Source: Klebsormidium nitens
Taxonomy: Eukaryota; Plantae; Klebsormidiophyceae
Direction: 5' to 3'
Length of the DNA stretch: 64,000 nucleotides
NCBI GenBank assembly: GCA_000708835.1
Contig: DF237119.1
Location: forward strand, 62,001-126,000
Below are positions 1 through 12,732 of this stretch, piece after piece; within the stretch, counting starts at the first letter, position 1, and each line of letters opens with the position of its first letter. The notes beneath the pieces are model-generated. The model ran no database searches and was not told where the DNA came from. It saw only the letters and a list, made by a program, of their open reading frames with translations. A program made the position numbers and the translations under genes.

Positions 1-279
1 CGAGAGATCTGTTGCTCGTATGTTTGTTCAACGTGAGTGCGTCTATTGCATGACGATCACATTGTAGGGCGGTCACTGCTTCGTCCAGGCCATCTTCTGG
101 TCTCTTTGTAAGAAAGCACTAGTCAGAAGTCAACATCTTGTTTCTTTTCATGACTAGACAGGGACCAGAAAAAGCAGTTCTAAAACAAGCCGTAGCACGA
201 TCTGAGGACTCGAGCTGCGCAAACTGCGGTCAAGCGACAAACTTCGATAATGAAAGCGGAACCCAACTCTCGACTGCAG

Positions 280-3200
280 GTGTGTCGAGCTGCTGATGCG
301 CGCGGGCGCGATTGTGGATGCCAAGGACCGGGTGGGCGTTAGCGCATTGATTGCGGCCTCCTATAACGGACACGTGGACTGCGTCCGAAAGCTACTCAAG
401 CATGCAGCGGACGTCAACGCGCAGAGCCACGGGGGCGTCACGCCGCTGATTGCGGCAGCGGAGGGGGGCAGCGAGAGCTGTGTACGGTTGCTGATTCAGG
501 TAGGGTGATAGATGAAAAATAAATCAGGTAGTAAGCGAGAGACTTTAAAAGATCATGGCGGAATGAACTCTGTTATACCGAAAAAAGGTCCTTCCAGAAG
601 CTCTCAAGACAGTAGTCTAGTAACCGTTTTGCGAGCAAGACGAGAGCGCCTTGGTGGTGCTCTACCTTTGACCGGTCAGGCTCACGCAGTGGCGTCCTGA
701 AGAAGGTCTGAACTCGGTGTATCATACAGAGAATGTTCCCAACGCTTCCTAACTTGCGCACTTCAGTTCAAGTGCATGGAGCACTTGAGGAAGTCGGTCG
801 GCTTCTTTGAACAACATCGGAAGGTAGAACACCTGTGCGCCCGAAGAAGATTACTGATCTGCTCATAAGTTGACTAGTCTCTCCTCTTAGTCCAATCCGA
901 TGTTGTGGATTTCTCGTCGGCATATCTCGGATCCATGAGCAAACTTTACACCGCCCCTTCACCCTGAGTACTGGAAAGGTGGGACCGAAGACGTACCGTT
1001 AAAAACAAATCGTGTCTCTGCAGGCAGGGGGCGACTTGGAAGCCCGGACCGCCGAGGGGAAGACCGCCCTGATGCACGCCGTGGGCCAGAATATCACGGC
1101 CGCCGTCGAAGCGCTCATCTCTGCGGGTGCGGAGCTGGACGGAACGGACAACGAGGGGAGGACGGCGCTCCACCACGGCGCGAGGAAGCAGACGCCGGAG
1201 AGCTTGTGAGTAGCAGTCCACATTTGAATCTTTCACATGTGAGTGCACATGTTCGGATTCGAGGTTGTTATAGAAGGCTTTCCGAAATCACTTGAGGAGC
1301 TTTTCGAGAAAAATCTGGTCCTTTCTGACGCTTCAATTGAGTGGAAACCGAGGTGAGCTCACTGGTCTTTCAGTTGGTGTCTTTCTGGTCAAACTCGTGC
1401 TTCTTCTATGTTTCCAAGTTGTCGCTAGGGAACCGGTACTGCATTGCTCAGCTTTTACTTGAGTGCATCGATACACTTGGTAGTTCTGGTGGTATTGGGG
1501 TCACGAAAGCATTCTACATGTCCCATTATACACGAAGCAGCATTGAGCCGCTTCCATATCGTCCACGAGTATCAATGTCTTCAGTCCAATCCCGACCAGC
1601 CCTTTCTTCAGAGGCTGATGTAATTCCGTCCTAACAACATGAAATTCCCACCTCAGGAAAGCGCTGCTCAAGGCCGGGGCGGATGCCGCCCGCCGCTGCC
1701 GCCGGGGCCGCACGCCCCTGGACGAAGCAACCCCCCAGAGCGAAGCAGCCGCAATCCTAAGCGAGCGGTGGAAGGAGCTCGAAGTGGAAGCTACCCAGAA
1801 GCAGGAACGGCTTCTAGACGAGCTTCACGAGTCGAGTGCGGCGACCGCAAACGAAGGAGGGGTGTCGAGAAGCGCCAGGAAGAAGAGGGGGAAGAAAGCG
1901 CGCCGGAGGGAGAAAGGGGGGCCGGGGCAGGGCGAGGTGATTGGGGCCGGTTTTGGGGGAGAAGGAGACTTGGGTTTGGGAGAGAGTTTCGAGAAGGTTA
2001 GGGAAACCGGGCTGGAGAGCGAGCAAAGCGGGGTGACAAGCCTCGAGGCGACGGACGGAGAAGAGGAGCCGCCCGATCCGGTCGGAAGCTCTCTCCTTCG
2101 GAGCGACGAGAACGGAACGGATTTGGGAGGAAGCTTAGCGCCCGGGGAAGCAGAAGGCGTCGGTCGAATAGGGGCGGAGAGCGGAAGCGCGTTGCGGTAT
2201 GTGGATGTCCTCAGCCAGAGTGAAGCGTTGCAAAAGGGAGAGAATCACGATCACACAGACGAGACGACGGAAGAGTCAATAAAGCGCTCGGAGGACGACT
2301 CCACAGTCCCCTCGGTTCGAGAACCGCTGGCCGACGAAGCGGTGGAAATAAGCTCCTCGAGCGAGGGCGAGTGGGTCACGGTGACGTCACACCGGGCGCG
2401 GAAGCAGGCGGGGGCCGTAGGGGGAAGAGGCCACGTGGGTCGTTCCGCAGGCGAAACGACGCCAAGGAACGAGGCGAGTAAGGGGGTGCGAACGGAAGTC
2501 TCGTCCAAAACTGGGACAGGTAATTGGAGCGGGGTTCCTGATCGGCTCAACGCGCGGTCCGGTGATGGGGTTGGAAGAGCGACTGAGGGACAGGTGCAGG
2601 GGAGCGGAGACGTCGCCGCTTTTGTCAGCAAGATCATCAGCAAGCAGGCGGCGAAGTCGCAAGCGGAGGAGAGAGTAGAACCGGAACGGGAACAAGTAGA
2701 ACCGGAACGGAAACAGCTGCAGGAGCTTGAGCGAAGACTGGAGGAGAAGAGCGCAGAGCTCGCAGTGCGTGAGAAGCGGCTGTCGGAAAAGGAGGGGGGA
2801 GCAGCAGCGCCTGTGGAGCCACCCCCCCGGGACAAAGACAACCCCTGGCAGTTGCCACGTGGCAAAGGGGCCCCCATTCCTGCAAAGGACGCCCCAGAAA
2901 ACCCCCCGGAGATCGTATCGGGGCTGGAAGCGAGCAGTTCTCAGTCAGGAGGGGACGATACTGAAGTCGAAGAGAATGCAGACCCGGTAGCTCAGAGTTT
3001 GGTTCGACAGGGCCTCGAAGAGAAGGATTCCGACCAGGAGAATAAACCCGAAGTTGGCCCAGACTCGGCAGTCGCCGAGCTGCTTCGGCAGAGCCTCGAA
3101 CAGAAAGACAGGGAGCTGCTTCTGGCAAGGCTGGAGATAGCACGGCTTTTGAGTGTGTTGGCGGCATTGAAGTCAACGCACGAGGAGGAGTTACGTCAGC

Positions 3201-4774
3201 AGAGAGTTGAGGCGCACGCGTCAGCGATGGCGGCAGCGGCTGCCAGCTGGCATGCATGGGTTGCCCAGGGTTTGCCCAAACCCTTCCTTAACCCTGTGGG
3301 AGTTTTGCCGACATCTTCCCCTAACCCCTCTAGCCCGGCGGATGTGTTTGAGATGCAGCGCGCAACCCCCCGGAGCAAAGCCGTCGGTTCCGAGCGTTCC
3401 CGTTCCGGGGGGCAGATTGCCAGGACAAACAGTGCTGGGCGCCCCCCCCCAACGCTGCTCCGGGACCAGACTGCGTGGGCGGCCGCGCTGCCCCCCCTCC
3501 CCCTCTCCCGAGCGAAACAGGACTCGCTGCAAGAACCGCCGGACAGCGGAAACCCCGAGTGGTTGAAGGAATCGTCGGAGAGCGGAAAACCGGAATGGTT
3601 GAAGGAGGCCGCGGCAGCCGCGGCGGTTGCCGCCGCCGCAGTGATGCGGGAAAAGGCTTTTGCGCAGCACTGGGGGGTCGAGCGCGCGCGTGCGCTGCTC
3701 CAGGGGGAGAAGGTGCCCCTGGTCGGGGTGTCCCCGGACCCCCCCCCGCTCGCGCCGCCCGCAACGCCCCCCCCGGAGAGCCTTTCCGGGGCGCCCTCTG
3801 TGGTTTCGAGTGGCTGGTCGAGCCGACCGACCACTGCGGAAGGGGGGGATGATATTGGGCTCCCCCTAGAGACGGACCAGCTGTCGGAGAGCAGCGGGAC
3901 CAGCAGCGTTCGGAGCGAGGGCTCGCTCCGGGGGGGTCAGTCCGTCCTAACGTTCAGACCCCCCTCCACGACCGTAGCGAGCCCGCAGCCACTTACACCC
4001 CCCCGAAGCGAGCTGCAATCACGGGGACTGCCCCCCGTTAGCGCACCCCCAGGTTTTCCGGCCCTGAGATTGAACCCCCTTACGCACTCTGCTTTGAGCT
4101 CTTCCACGGCCGGGCCCCCTCCAAGTGAGGTATCCGTCTCAACAGCGAGCGAGTGGGTCTTTGACGCGGCGGCCGGCCGAATGGTTCGCGGCAGCAGCGG
4201 GGGCGTTTCGGCGGGCCCCGTTTCGCCCGAGGAGCTCTTGAGCCAGGCCCCGAGACTCGGCCTCAGCGCGACCCTCGCCCGCAGCAGGGCCTACTCCAGC
4301 AGCAACGATCTGGCCGGGCTGTCATACCGGTCGTCTTTCGGCCCGGCGGGCAGCTTCGGTGCGACTGAAGGGAGCTATGGCCGGTTCAAACCGCCTCAGA
4401 TATTGCCTTTGACATCACCGTCCACGTCTGTCTCGGACACAAGAGTTGGGTCTCCGCTTGGGGGCCGATCTTCCGAGCTTCCCCAGTCGAGCGCAGAAAC
4501 AGGTTACGTTGCTGGTTCTCTTGCCGGGGTTAAGCTGGGAGTCAAGCCCGGGTTAAGCCGCTGGGGTTCGGGGTTCCGGACGCTGTCCGGCATGATGCGG
4601 TCCGCAAGCGAAAGCCACCTGTCAGCGTTAAACAGCGACGGAGGAGTGCTGCCGTTCGCTATAAAAACTCCGGTCGGAGGAGGGCAGGGCTGGTTTAGTC
4701 TGGTCCCGAGCCCCTCAGAAGGCTCCGAAGAAGCAAAGCATGGGCCGGGGCGGGGTGCTGAAGTTTTGATCTGA
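280..4774 (+). CDS. Ankyrin-repeat protein, 5'-partial, with a long low-complexity/coiled-coil C-terminal region
   Basis: Exons 280-499, 1024-1205 and 1657-4774, all AG/GT-flanked with matching phases. Ankyrin consensus is repeated (G.TPLIAAAEGG..CVRLLI, GKTALMHAV, GRTALHHGA, GRTPLDEA). The last exon is open for ~1039 codons and includes ORF 1784..4774. Upstream exons lie outside the window. Confidence 0.9.
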
Positions 4775-6172
4775 TGCAAGGTATCACCGTACACAAGGTC
4801 GTTTGGACGCCACTTGCTAAAGAGGGCGGCAAAGTGAATGAAGCGCATATAGGTCCATGGTTGGACAAGGCAACCGCAGAGTCCGAAGTGTCCTACTGAA
4901 GAATAGTAACGATGACGTGCTGACAGGAGCCAAATGCAAGGCAATCCTGAAGTTCTACCCACCTTTATATGTATGAGGTTTGCTTCGTTAGAGCAGCGGC
5001 CTCTCGCGCCCAAAAAACCACGACCGTGTAGGTTCAGGAATTTGAACACACAGAACCAGGTAACAGAGGTATTAAGACCGATGCCATGTTGGGCAGCTAG
5101 GACATATGTCAGTAGATCAAAATTTGAGGCGGGTCCGACAGTCTCGCAATGATTCTTATACAAGTCCTGGCTTGCAAAGTGCACTACCACGTCTGTGACA
5201 AGTATTTGAAATGCGGATATCTAGTTGAATTCTCTGAAGTCAGATGGAATTGTGATATAGTGCTTCGAAGATCGACCAAATGCTAAGTTGAGTTGTAGCG
5301 ATTCATGATCAGATCGAGAATGTGCACGACCGGTTGTATTTGAAACAACATAAGATGTCATGCATGACAAAATCTGTGCAAAGAATTTATCCATGGTCCA
5401 CCCGCCATCTCTGTCACTATGAAACATGCAAGCTGCGACAAGTGTTTAAGTTGCCATGTCGATCACATGGCGTGCGGCATGCCACGGGGCTTTTCAACAG
5501 GCGGCGGCCGCCCGCGGGTCGGTTGAACTCAGGCTCCCCTGTTTCTATAAAATCTGGCCAATCGTGGTACGTATATGCGCAAGAATTGGCTGCGCTCGCG
5601 CGCATGCCGCACACAACTGTTGTTGGTCATTTCGCCTTGCATGTATCAGTGAGTTACAGGCCAAAAATTACGAACTTTAGTGGGACAACCGTACCTAGCA
5701 TTGCGATATATTGCACGTCTCAGCCGCACCCGGAAGCCATGATTGTTCACAAAGGTCGACCATGCACTTGCGGCTAGCTGTGAAAAGGGTATATGACCTC
5801 CAATTCACCCGCCAGTTTGGCGGATCATGGTCGACCGCTAGATTCACTATGAGCGGATCATTTCACACCAGACATTGGAATTCTCTTTTAACCAGGGCTG
5901 CATGAGTATAGTGATCAACCGATTGCGCACTCTTCGCAAGATGATCCTCATCGAGCCGTATGTTGTGGTCGCATTTCCAAAGTCTCTGATGCAAGGCAGT
6001 CCATCCCCTTGGTGATGGTGTAAACTCATCGAGCATGCTTTTGCCATCTTGCAACATGAAAGCACCCATGCAACGCAGACCGCCACTTGAAGCAGTCAAG
6101 TGCGCAATTGAGTCACTCCAGCAAATCTGCACGCGCTCGATATAAGCCGAGTCGCTCTAAGACCTGGCACAA

Positions 6173-9100
6173 TCATTCGTGATCCACTGCGGACATCGGC
6201 ACACCGTCCGGAACAAGGTCGACGAGCCCCCGAAGGACAAACCGAGGCATGTACGCAAACCGCCGCATCTCTGGCACGGACGTCACTCCGCTCAGCACGA
6301 GAGCGGAGTCTATACTGGCCTGTAAGCAGAAAGGAAAAGTCATTGCCTGGTAATGGATCTTGTTCCAAACGGAGCACTCTGCCTTCATGCAGTGCAGGGT
6401 ACACGTTCTACTCTTACTGCTCAAAGGTGAGGCCACGCACAGGCGTCAACTTTTTGAATTCTAATGGGCAAAAGAAGGATGTTATGAAACATACGGCCAT
6501 GCATGACTGAACGGAGCGAGCAAGGAGGAATGAGACCGGGGCGAAGTCAGTTAGCTGAAGGGAAAAACGCGGTAAGCAACGAGCAAGATGCGACGGTGAC
6601 TCAAGAGAAAAACGGGTTTCAAAGATTTTGCCCAGTCTTCGATCAAGCACAAGCACCCTCCCGTTTCAGAATGAAGGATTGAGTTTCAATCAAGCACGAA
6701 AAGCTTTCAATACTCAAAGGCAAGCAATAAGCTCAAGCACAAGACTATTTATGCAAGGATTCCGGATCACTGCCCACCTCGAGACCCCCCAGGATATCGG
6801 TGTCCATTCTGTCTCCGATGATGATGGTAGACCGCCGGCTGGCCCCCAGGGTCGCCAGAGCGCTCCGCATCATGAGCGGGTTCGGCTGCGGTTAAGAAAT
6901 TGGGTTTATTTGAGACATAGCAGTTGGTTACGGATAACCATTTCTGGAGATATAGAGAAGCAAAACTGGTTGGAAGATTGCTGAAAAACCCGGCGGATGG
7001 GTTAGGACGTATCAAAGTTCGAGCGGACGTTTCCAGCCTCCGCTGATTCTGTGCAACTTGTTAGCAGCGACTCAGAGCTCACAAAGCTACTCCTTTCCAC
7101 CATTTTAAGCCCAACAATCCTTAAAGTTGGCAAATTTGGACATATGATTTCTTTAGGCTGCCGCTCATTGTTCTGATGGTCCTGCGATGAGACGAGGCCA
7201 TGGATCTGGCTCACCTCGACCTCATGCATTATCCAACTCGAGATTCGCAGTTCATGAGAGAAAGCTCGCACTCGGCACAGCAGCCGTACATAAGCGACCA
7301 CAGCGATCGTTCCTAAAATCGAACGGTTCTTACACCGAGCTCACCTTTCCGACGAAGTACGCTTGCAGCCCCGTCGCGCTTTCGATGGGTTTGATGATGG
7401 ACCCCGCCGCGGGTATGACCTCCCCCGGGTGGTCCGGGCTGGGGTCCGTCTTATCGCAGTTGGTGCCGATCAGCTTGGACCCGTTCAGAACCAGGTGGAC
7501 CGCGTGTTCCAACCGCTCGTAACTGCAGGGTTAGAGGGGCTTAGGTTTTAGAGTTTAGGGTTATGTGTTTCAGGCTTCCAGAATTCATCGATTTTCATTC
7601 TCTACAGTGAGCAGAAAAACTCTCAGTCGCAAATGGAACCGATCAGCTTGGACCCGTTCAGAACCGAGTGCGTTCTCCAATCGCTCATAACTGCGATGTC
7701 AAAGGATCAGGGTTTAGATTAGGTTTCTCAAGGAGTTAGGGTTCGAGAGAAGCGAGTAAAAAGACGCTAGCCGCAAGTTGATATGAATCGCCTTGGACCC
7801 ATTCAGAACCAGGTACACCAAGTGTTGAGGCGGTGGTAACTGCGAGGTCAGAGGGATTCAGTGTTTCAGAGTCACAAAATTCTTGGGCTTTCAGCTTCTC
7901 GCGGTGAGCAGAAACACTCGTGTTGCAATTGGTCGCGGAGAATGTGGACGGTCGTAAGTAGGTGCACCGCATGAATCGAGCGCTCGTAGCTGCAAGATCC
8001 ACGACGTTCACGATGTTGACAAAGAAAGAAAGACTGGCAGACATGAGCACAGTGTCAGGGCGAGTTGCAGGAAGGTTGGTGAAATCATCACCCGGTCGAC
8101 AAATCCGCTCATATTATCGGACCAAAGACACCGACTAACACTATCCAATAGCGGGCCTTCCTTTCAAGAGTCCGTGTCGTTGGACTTGCAACGTACGCGG
8201 ATCCCTATGACCTTACGAACAGGAAACACGCAGCCGGCAGCCAGGTGAAGCTACAAATCAGCGCACAGTGCCCAGAGAGAGACCGGAGCTCACTTGTAGT
8301 TCCGCGTCTCGCCCACCACCACGTAGTCCGGGTTCACATCGTTCATCGAGTAGCCCACGCTATACAGGGCCTGTAAGACGAAAAGCAAAGGGCATGAGGT
8401 TCTAGACTCGGTGCAGAAGTGTCTTTGGAGAGATGCAAAAGGCGCAGGACAGGAACCCTGTGCTTCCGCAATCGATACCCGGATCCGAAGACTTGCCATC
8501 CCGGCCGTTGCAGGGGATAGGCTATCCGGACTTTCATAGCTTGTCTTCACCGTCATGACATAACCTGACCGCCATACGGTATCCCGACCCACATTACTCC
8601 TTGCCCTACTGAACCAGCCAGAAGCAGGGAATAACCCGCCCTCCTTTTTCGGCAGCTACAAAGTTCTGGCGACAAGAATGAAGCTAATGGCAATTGCTGC
8701 CTACTCCTGTTGACGCGCCCTTCTGGGGGTTTCAAGGAGACGCAGAACTGACTTCGACTCCGAATTGACCAGATGCCCGGGTTGGGAAGCTAGGAAAGCC
8801 GGTGCGAGGGAATCTTACGCTCATCACTCCAGGGTCCCCAATGACGTAAGCGCTTCCGTTTGGCCGTTGCGAGGAGAGGAACGCGGCTGTTGCCTGGAAG
8901 CAAGCAGAGACTCGTGTAAGCCAAGACCAGAAACATGCGGAAGCCAAGCACAGCCTGTTGCCCTCACATCCGACAATTGGCTTCAAAAAGTTACATAACA
9001 GTATTTCGGTACACGAGGATCGTCATTTGTCCCAACTAAGATTGTCTTCGAAGTAAAAAAAGAGACGGTTGTGAGTTCGGACCTCGAGGTCGATGCCTAG

Positions 9101-11389
9101 AGAGTACGCAGGGGCACAGCCAGCAAAGAGGAGTCGCATGCGCCCGTGCTCCTTTAAAACAAGGCCGCATATCTCTTGTTGGATCGAGATACACGCTCTC
9201 TCGAAGCAAAAGGACTCTGCGCACCAGAAACATGAGAACCAGTCGACTTTCGAAACACTGAATGCATGATTTTCGTTGTTCGTCCTGGCATGGGGGTTGC
9301 GGATCCTTCTGTGGTCTAAAAAGGCAGAGTCGGCCCACCATTGATGTAACTTTTCTGAGGAGTGAGGGAAACCCTCACCAGGGCGGCGGTGTAAAAGTGC
9401 TCCGTCTCGACGTCGACGCCCATCCGGGCGAGCTTCTGCTGCAGCTCCTCACGCGTCTTGTCGCTCGAGTTGGTCAGGAACAGGAAGCGCTTGTTTTCGT
9501 CCAACAGCCACTGGACGAACTGCCAGCAGACAGAGCAACCGCGATGTTTTCAAGGTCAATGCAGGATGCAAGAACAGCCTTGTTCCGGCTCTATTGGTAC
9601 AACGAAGTGGCTTCGTCCAGAGTGGAGAGGTCAGAGAAGCTGCAGGGAGTAGGGCCCCGCGGTTCGGTAAGACGCGTTACTGAGGGTTTCGCCGCAGGTG
9701 AAGTGAGAACCCAGACCATCGCTCTGGACAAGCAACTAAACTAGCTCATTGGAAACGTGGAGGGACATTCAGTGAGCTTCATATCTTCTTTCAAGGGGGG
9801 AAAAGTGTGACTGAGCATTGAAAGACGGCGAGGAAGAATCCTTGATTAAAGAGCGATTGTTCATAGGATGATCCGCGGTTGCGAGGAGAAATTCGGTTAA
9901 AATGAAGTGCAGGCATAGATTATCCCATGAGTGGTCGAGAATTATAATGGGTTTGACTCGAGCAAGAGCTGATATTCCATTCAGGCCTGCGATCTTGTTC
10001 GACGCGAAACCATCAACAATCTTGAGCACGAGTGGGACAACCAACTTAACACTCGACCAGACTCCGATGCACCGTCCAACCTGAATAGGGTCTCGCATCT
10101 ATTCCACAGCCGAGCATGGACTAAACGTGATATTCAACGCTGGGGTCGCCGACAGAGTTTGACGCCGTAACTCTACTACTATTCAACGCCAAAATGGCAG
10201 AGCGCAAAGACAGGTCGTGGGATAAGAGCTTGCGTACCTCTCGCACTCCAGGCAGAAGTCGAGAGCCCCGGTAGACGACACCGTCCATATCAACTGCAAG
10301 AAGAGTCGCTTTGTCAGGCTTGGGGATTCCACTTCGAGACGAAAGAAACTGTTCTCTGCCACATCGTCAGGGTTTCGGCTTCCGAGGCATTCTGACCTCC
10401 AAACCCAACCGATCAATGTGGAAGCATAGCGAAGCATGTTTTGTCTAGGTTCAGCTGCAACTTTGGCTGGCGCCTCACGTGAATGTCTCCGAAACCACCT
10501 CATATGTCCTACTGATGCAATTTGCCGGCCGTTAACAGACGACGACAGGATTTGAAGCAGAGAGCGAGATCACTAGTCTCATGGCCGCCACGTTGCCGAT
10601 GCAATTGCGACCAGGGCTCTGTTTACTTTGACCAGGACAGTCCTGCGTCAATCCTACACAATCATCTCGCGCTCCCCGCTTACTGATAAATGCTTCCTTC
10701 TGGAAGATAGCCGCCCGCGCTTCGCGAAGATAGTCTGCAGACGGCCACTCCTCATGCCGCTGCCTGCCTGCCTGGATTGTGCTGTGACTGTGTGGAAAGG
10801 GATGCGGGACCGCCACGCTTGAATGGGGGGCCTCCTCTATCTCTGGGTACATTGTAACAGATCCAGCCAGTGGAGACATCCACCGACGCTGGGACTTGAG
10901 ATTGGTGAAATGCTCGATACCCGGCGCGGTTTGAAGGATAGGAATGCTCGACGCGAGTGCCTTGGGAGAGGACTGAGAGCTAGCAGAGTCAACGCTTCGG
11001 TACCCCGACAAAGGGCCAGCTGAGGCGAGAAGCTCAGCTGGGAATGACCCTCCCGAATAATGGCGCCTCAGCTGGGGATCGGAGAGGAGGTTTGGGTGCT
11101 TCCAATGTGTGCAAAGCTGAGCAAATGCTACAGGACTCTTCGCAAAGGTGGCCTTGATGCTAGAAGAGGCTGTTGTTGGGGCTGCTGAAGGGTTTGGATC
11201 TCTATGGGGGTTGCTGCTTGCTGGACGTGTGATTGAATTCTGACCGATATGAAGCTGTGCTAGCAAACACAGCTCTCTAACAGCAAGGAAGTACTTGCTT
11301 TGGAATCCCGCAACAGTCCCAGCACAGGAGCCTAAAGCTTGCAATTGTCCAATGGGCGAGGAAACCCCTTTGGCTATATTTGAGAGCAT
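6173..11389 (-). CDS. nagD: HAD-superfamily class IIA phosphatase, NagD/UMP-phosphatase-like, with N-terminal organellar presequence
   Basis: Minus-strand exons 11389-10684, 10293-10238, 9519-9379, 8893-8819, 8370-8294, 7522-7345, 6885-6778 and 6319-6173; phases are all consistent. HAD motifs: [11 protein letters not shown] (I), FLTNSS (II), VGKPNP (III), [10 protein letters not shown] (IV). [16 protein letters not shown] closely resembles E. coli NagD DVNPDFVIVGETRSYN (recalled). Confidence 0.92.
7468..8000. repeat. Degenerate tandem copies (3-4) of the NagD intron 5/exon 6 acceptor region
   Basis: TTGGACCC(G/A)TTCAGAACC occurs at 7475, 7648 and 7793; TA(A/G)CTGC occurs at 7520, 7688, 7837 and 7987. 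Confidence 0.8.
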
Positions 11390-12732
11390 CCTTGCAACCT
11401 TGCTAGATAATCTATGAGATCCACCTGTATGGAAACGCGGAGGCTTCTCTACTTACTTCATCAGAGACTTACAAGAATGTTCCCAGTGAAAGTCTAATTT
11501 GGCGCCAGAAATTCTCTCCCGTCATGGAGGCATCACAAGGAAACCTTTTGTCCCACAACGTGATTGCATCCCGCTTCACCTACAGTAAACTTTGGCTGCC
11601 TCCAGAAGTATCCAGCAAGCCAATCAGAGCAGATTAAGAAGTCCTCGCAACGAAGAAGTACCAGCTGGGTAGCAGCTGGATCGCCCCACAGGATGAACCC
11701 GAAACCCTGCACCTTTCGATCCTGCTGCCAACGCTCTGTACTAGGTATGTAGATCTTCATTTTAGCTGTCGAGTTTTGAGACAAGATTCTCCCAAGATTC
11801 CAAACCCTCCCTGGTCTGCCAGCTGTCAAGATCCCGCTGTAGCGCTTCAGCCTTCAGCCTTCCGAGTCTGGAGAAGCTCGGCCTTTGTTTGCTGTACAAA
11901 CTAGGCACGTCGGAACTTTGGTTCAGAAGAAAAACATCTGGGTGAAAAGACGGCACTTTACCGTTACCCGGTGCCGATCTGCGACGCGGCGGCTGCCGTT
12001 TGCGGAAATGTCCACATTTTCCACGTGGTTCACGTGCTATTTGCTTTGGGATCGCGGCTTTTCGCGCTCTGGAGTCTGCCAGTGTCTGCTGGCTCCTGTG
12101 GCACCTATCAGGGCGGTGTTGACACTGACGTACTGATGTCAGCATATGATATGGGTACGATGGTTCAAAGAGAAGACGCCACATTTCGTGCATGAACATC
12201 AAAGGATGAGGGACCCGACACCGGGGTTGGCGTTGCGCAGCAGTCTGCAGAGTCCAGACTCCTTAGGTTTGCGGAGTATCAGCTGCAAGCAGCATTACTG
12301 ATCAGGTGTAATTGTGTCTTTCCTTAGACGAGGATTCGATCTTGTCGTTGCATGCCCCATGCCTTTGATTCGCACGGGCTATAAGAGAAGTATCCATCTT
12401 GTCGTTGCAAGCCCGCCGGCGGCGTTGCTCGATGCAAGTAGTATCGAATTAGCTCGCTTGAATTTGTGCAGGTGATATGTTAGAATTATTGCAAGCGCGT
12501 TTGTGTACGTGAAGCCCGGAAGCAGTAGCGCCGGTTGGGGTTTCCTCTGGCCCGTACAGTTTCTCGTTGAAGCAGAAAACTTTTCAATTTCTTTGTGCCC
12601 TCTCCAACGAGAGAATCTTTACGTCCAGTGTTCGCTAGCACGCTCCAGTTCCAGCCCACCGTTACTGCTCACCTCTTCAACCGCTTGCTGCAATTGACAC
12701 GCCAGCCAAAACAAATACTTTGCACTCAGGAA

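Noticed and set aside
4800-6100. Short ORFs between the ankyrin and NagD genes
   Set aside because: Convergent 3'-UTR/intergenic region; no domain or splice support.
7528-7565. TTAGGG/TTTAGGG-like tract as an interstitial telomere
   Set aside because: Short and degenerate, lying in the branch/polypyrimidine zone of an intron; not a true telomeric array.
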